DNA from: Mustelus asterias
Taxonomy: Eukaryota
Length of the DNA: 64,000 nt
Assembly (NCBI RefSeq): GCF_964213995.1
Contig: NW_027590120.1
Coordinates: 1,860,001 to 1,924,000, forward strand
Direction: 5' to 3'
The position numbers and the translations under genes were made by a program. Below, piece by piece: positions 62,936 to 64,000 of this stretch; position 1 is the first letter of the stretch; the number at the start of each line of letters is the position of its first letter. Under the pieces are notes generated by a model. That model was not told where the DNA came from, did no database searches, and was given only the letters and a program-made list of their open reading frames with translations.

Positions 62936-63162
62936 TTACTGGGCTTGGATTCTGCTGTTGTTGCTGCTGTTAATGACATCCAAGACTGAACTCTGTTCAT
63001 TCTGATAGTTTGGGTTTGTTTCTGTTGATGTTTATAATCTCTATAACTGGACTGGATGTTTAATATTCTGGAACTTGGCTTGTTTTACCTTGTGACCCTT
63101 ACTCTTCTAATAAAGTATCTTTCTTTGGTCTGTAGCAAATAGTGATTTACTTGTAATTTTTT

Positions 63163-63830
<668 letters not shown>

Positions 63831-64000
63831 CTGAATTTAAAAGAAAAAAAAAGTGAGAGAGAACCCACAAAAACACAAAGGCAGGTTGTGAAATTGAGCT
63901 GAATGAATCTGGTAATTTCTGGGGCCGGCACTGGGAAAAAGTGACCATGAAAATTCTGGAGTGTCATAAAAACCCAAGTGATTCACTGATGTCCTGCAGG

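Overview
Eukaryotic, repeat-dense window, most consistent with a shark or other elasmobranch genome (inferred from HE1-type V-SINEs and esterase-bearing CR1 LINEs). It is a birth-and-death cluster of KRAB-less C2H2 zinc-finger genes: three intact ORFs, two with single lesions and several pseudogenes. The genes share NRF1/YY1/CCAAT promoter modules, 5' exon modules and 3' UTRs. Interleaved are CR1, Tx1, Rex1/Babar, L2, Penelope, R2 and ERV remnants, plus three promoter-associated tandem arrays (a 6.4-kb 25-bp satellite, a 28-bp CRE array and a ~50-bp GC-box array). The strongest candidate for a new system is a Tx1-clade retrotransposon flanked by an exact 22-bp duplication that contains the apparent first-exon splice donor of a ZNF gene. 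A second Tx1 5' end is stacked at the regenerated site and a stem-preserved tRNA-Val-like insert sits at the same spot, suggesting a ZNF-gene-targeting site-specific LINE. Other notable items: an R2 fragment outside rDNA, fixed TGA codons in fossil N-terminal fingers across the family, and an ERV env TM fused to a ZNF 5' module. All calls were made by eye and from recalled family motifs; no searches were run and many boundaries are approximate.
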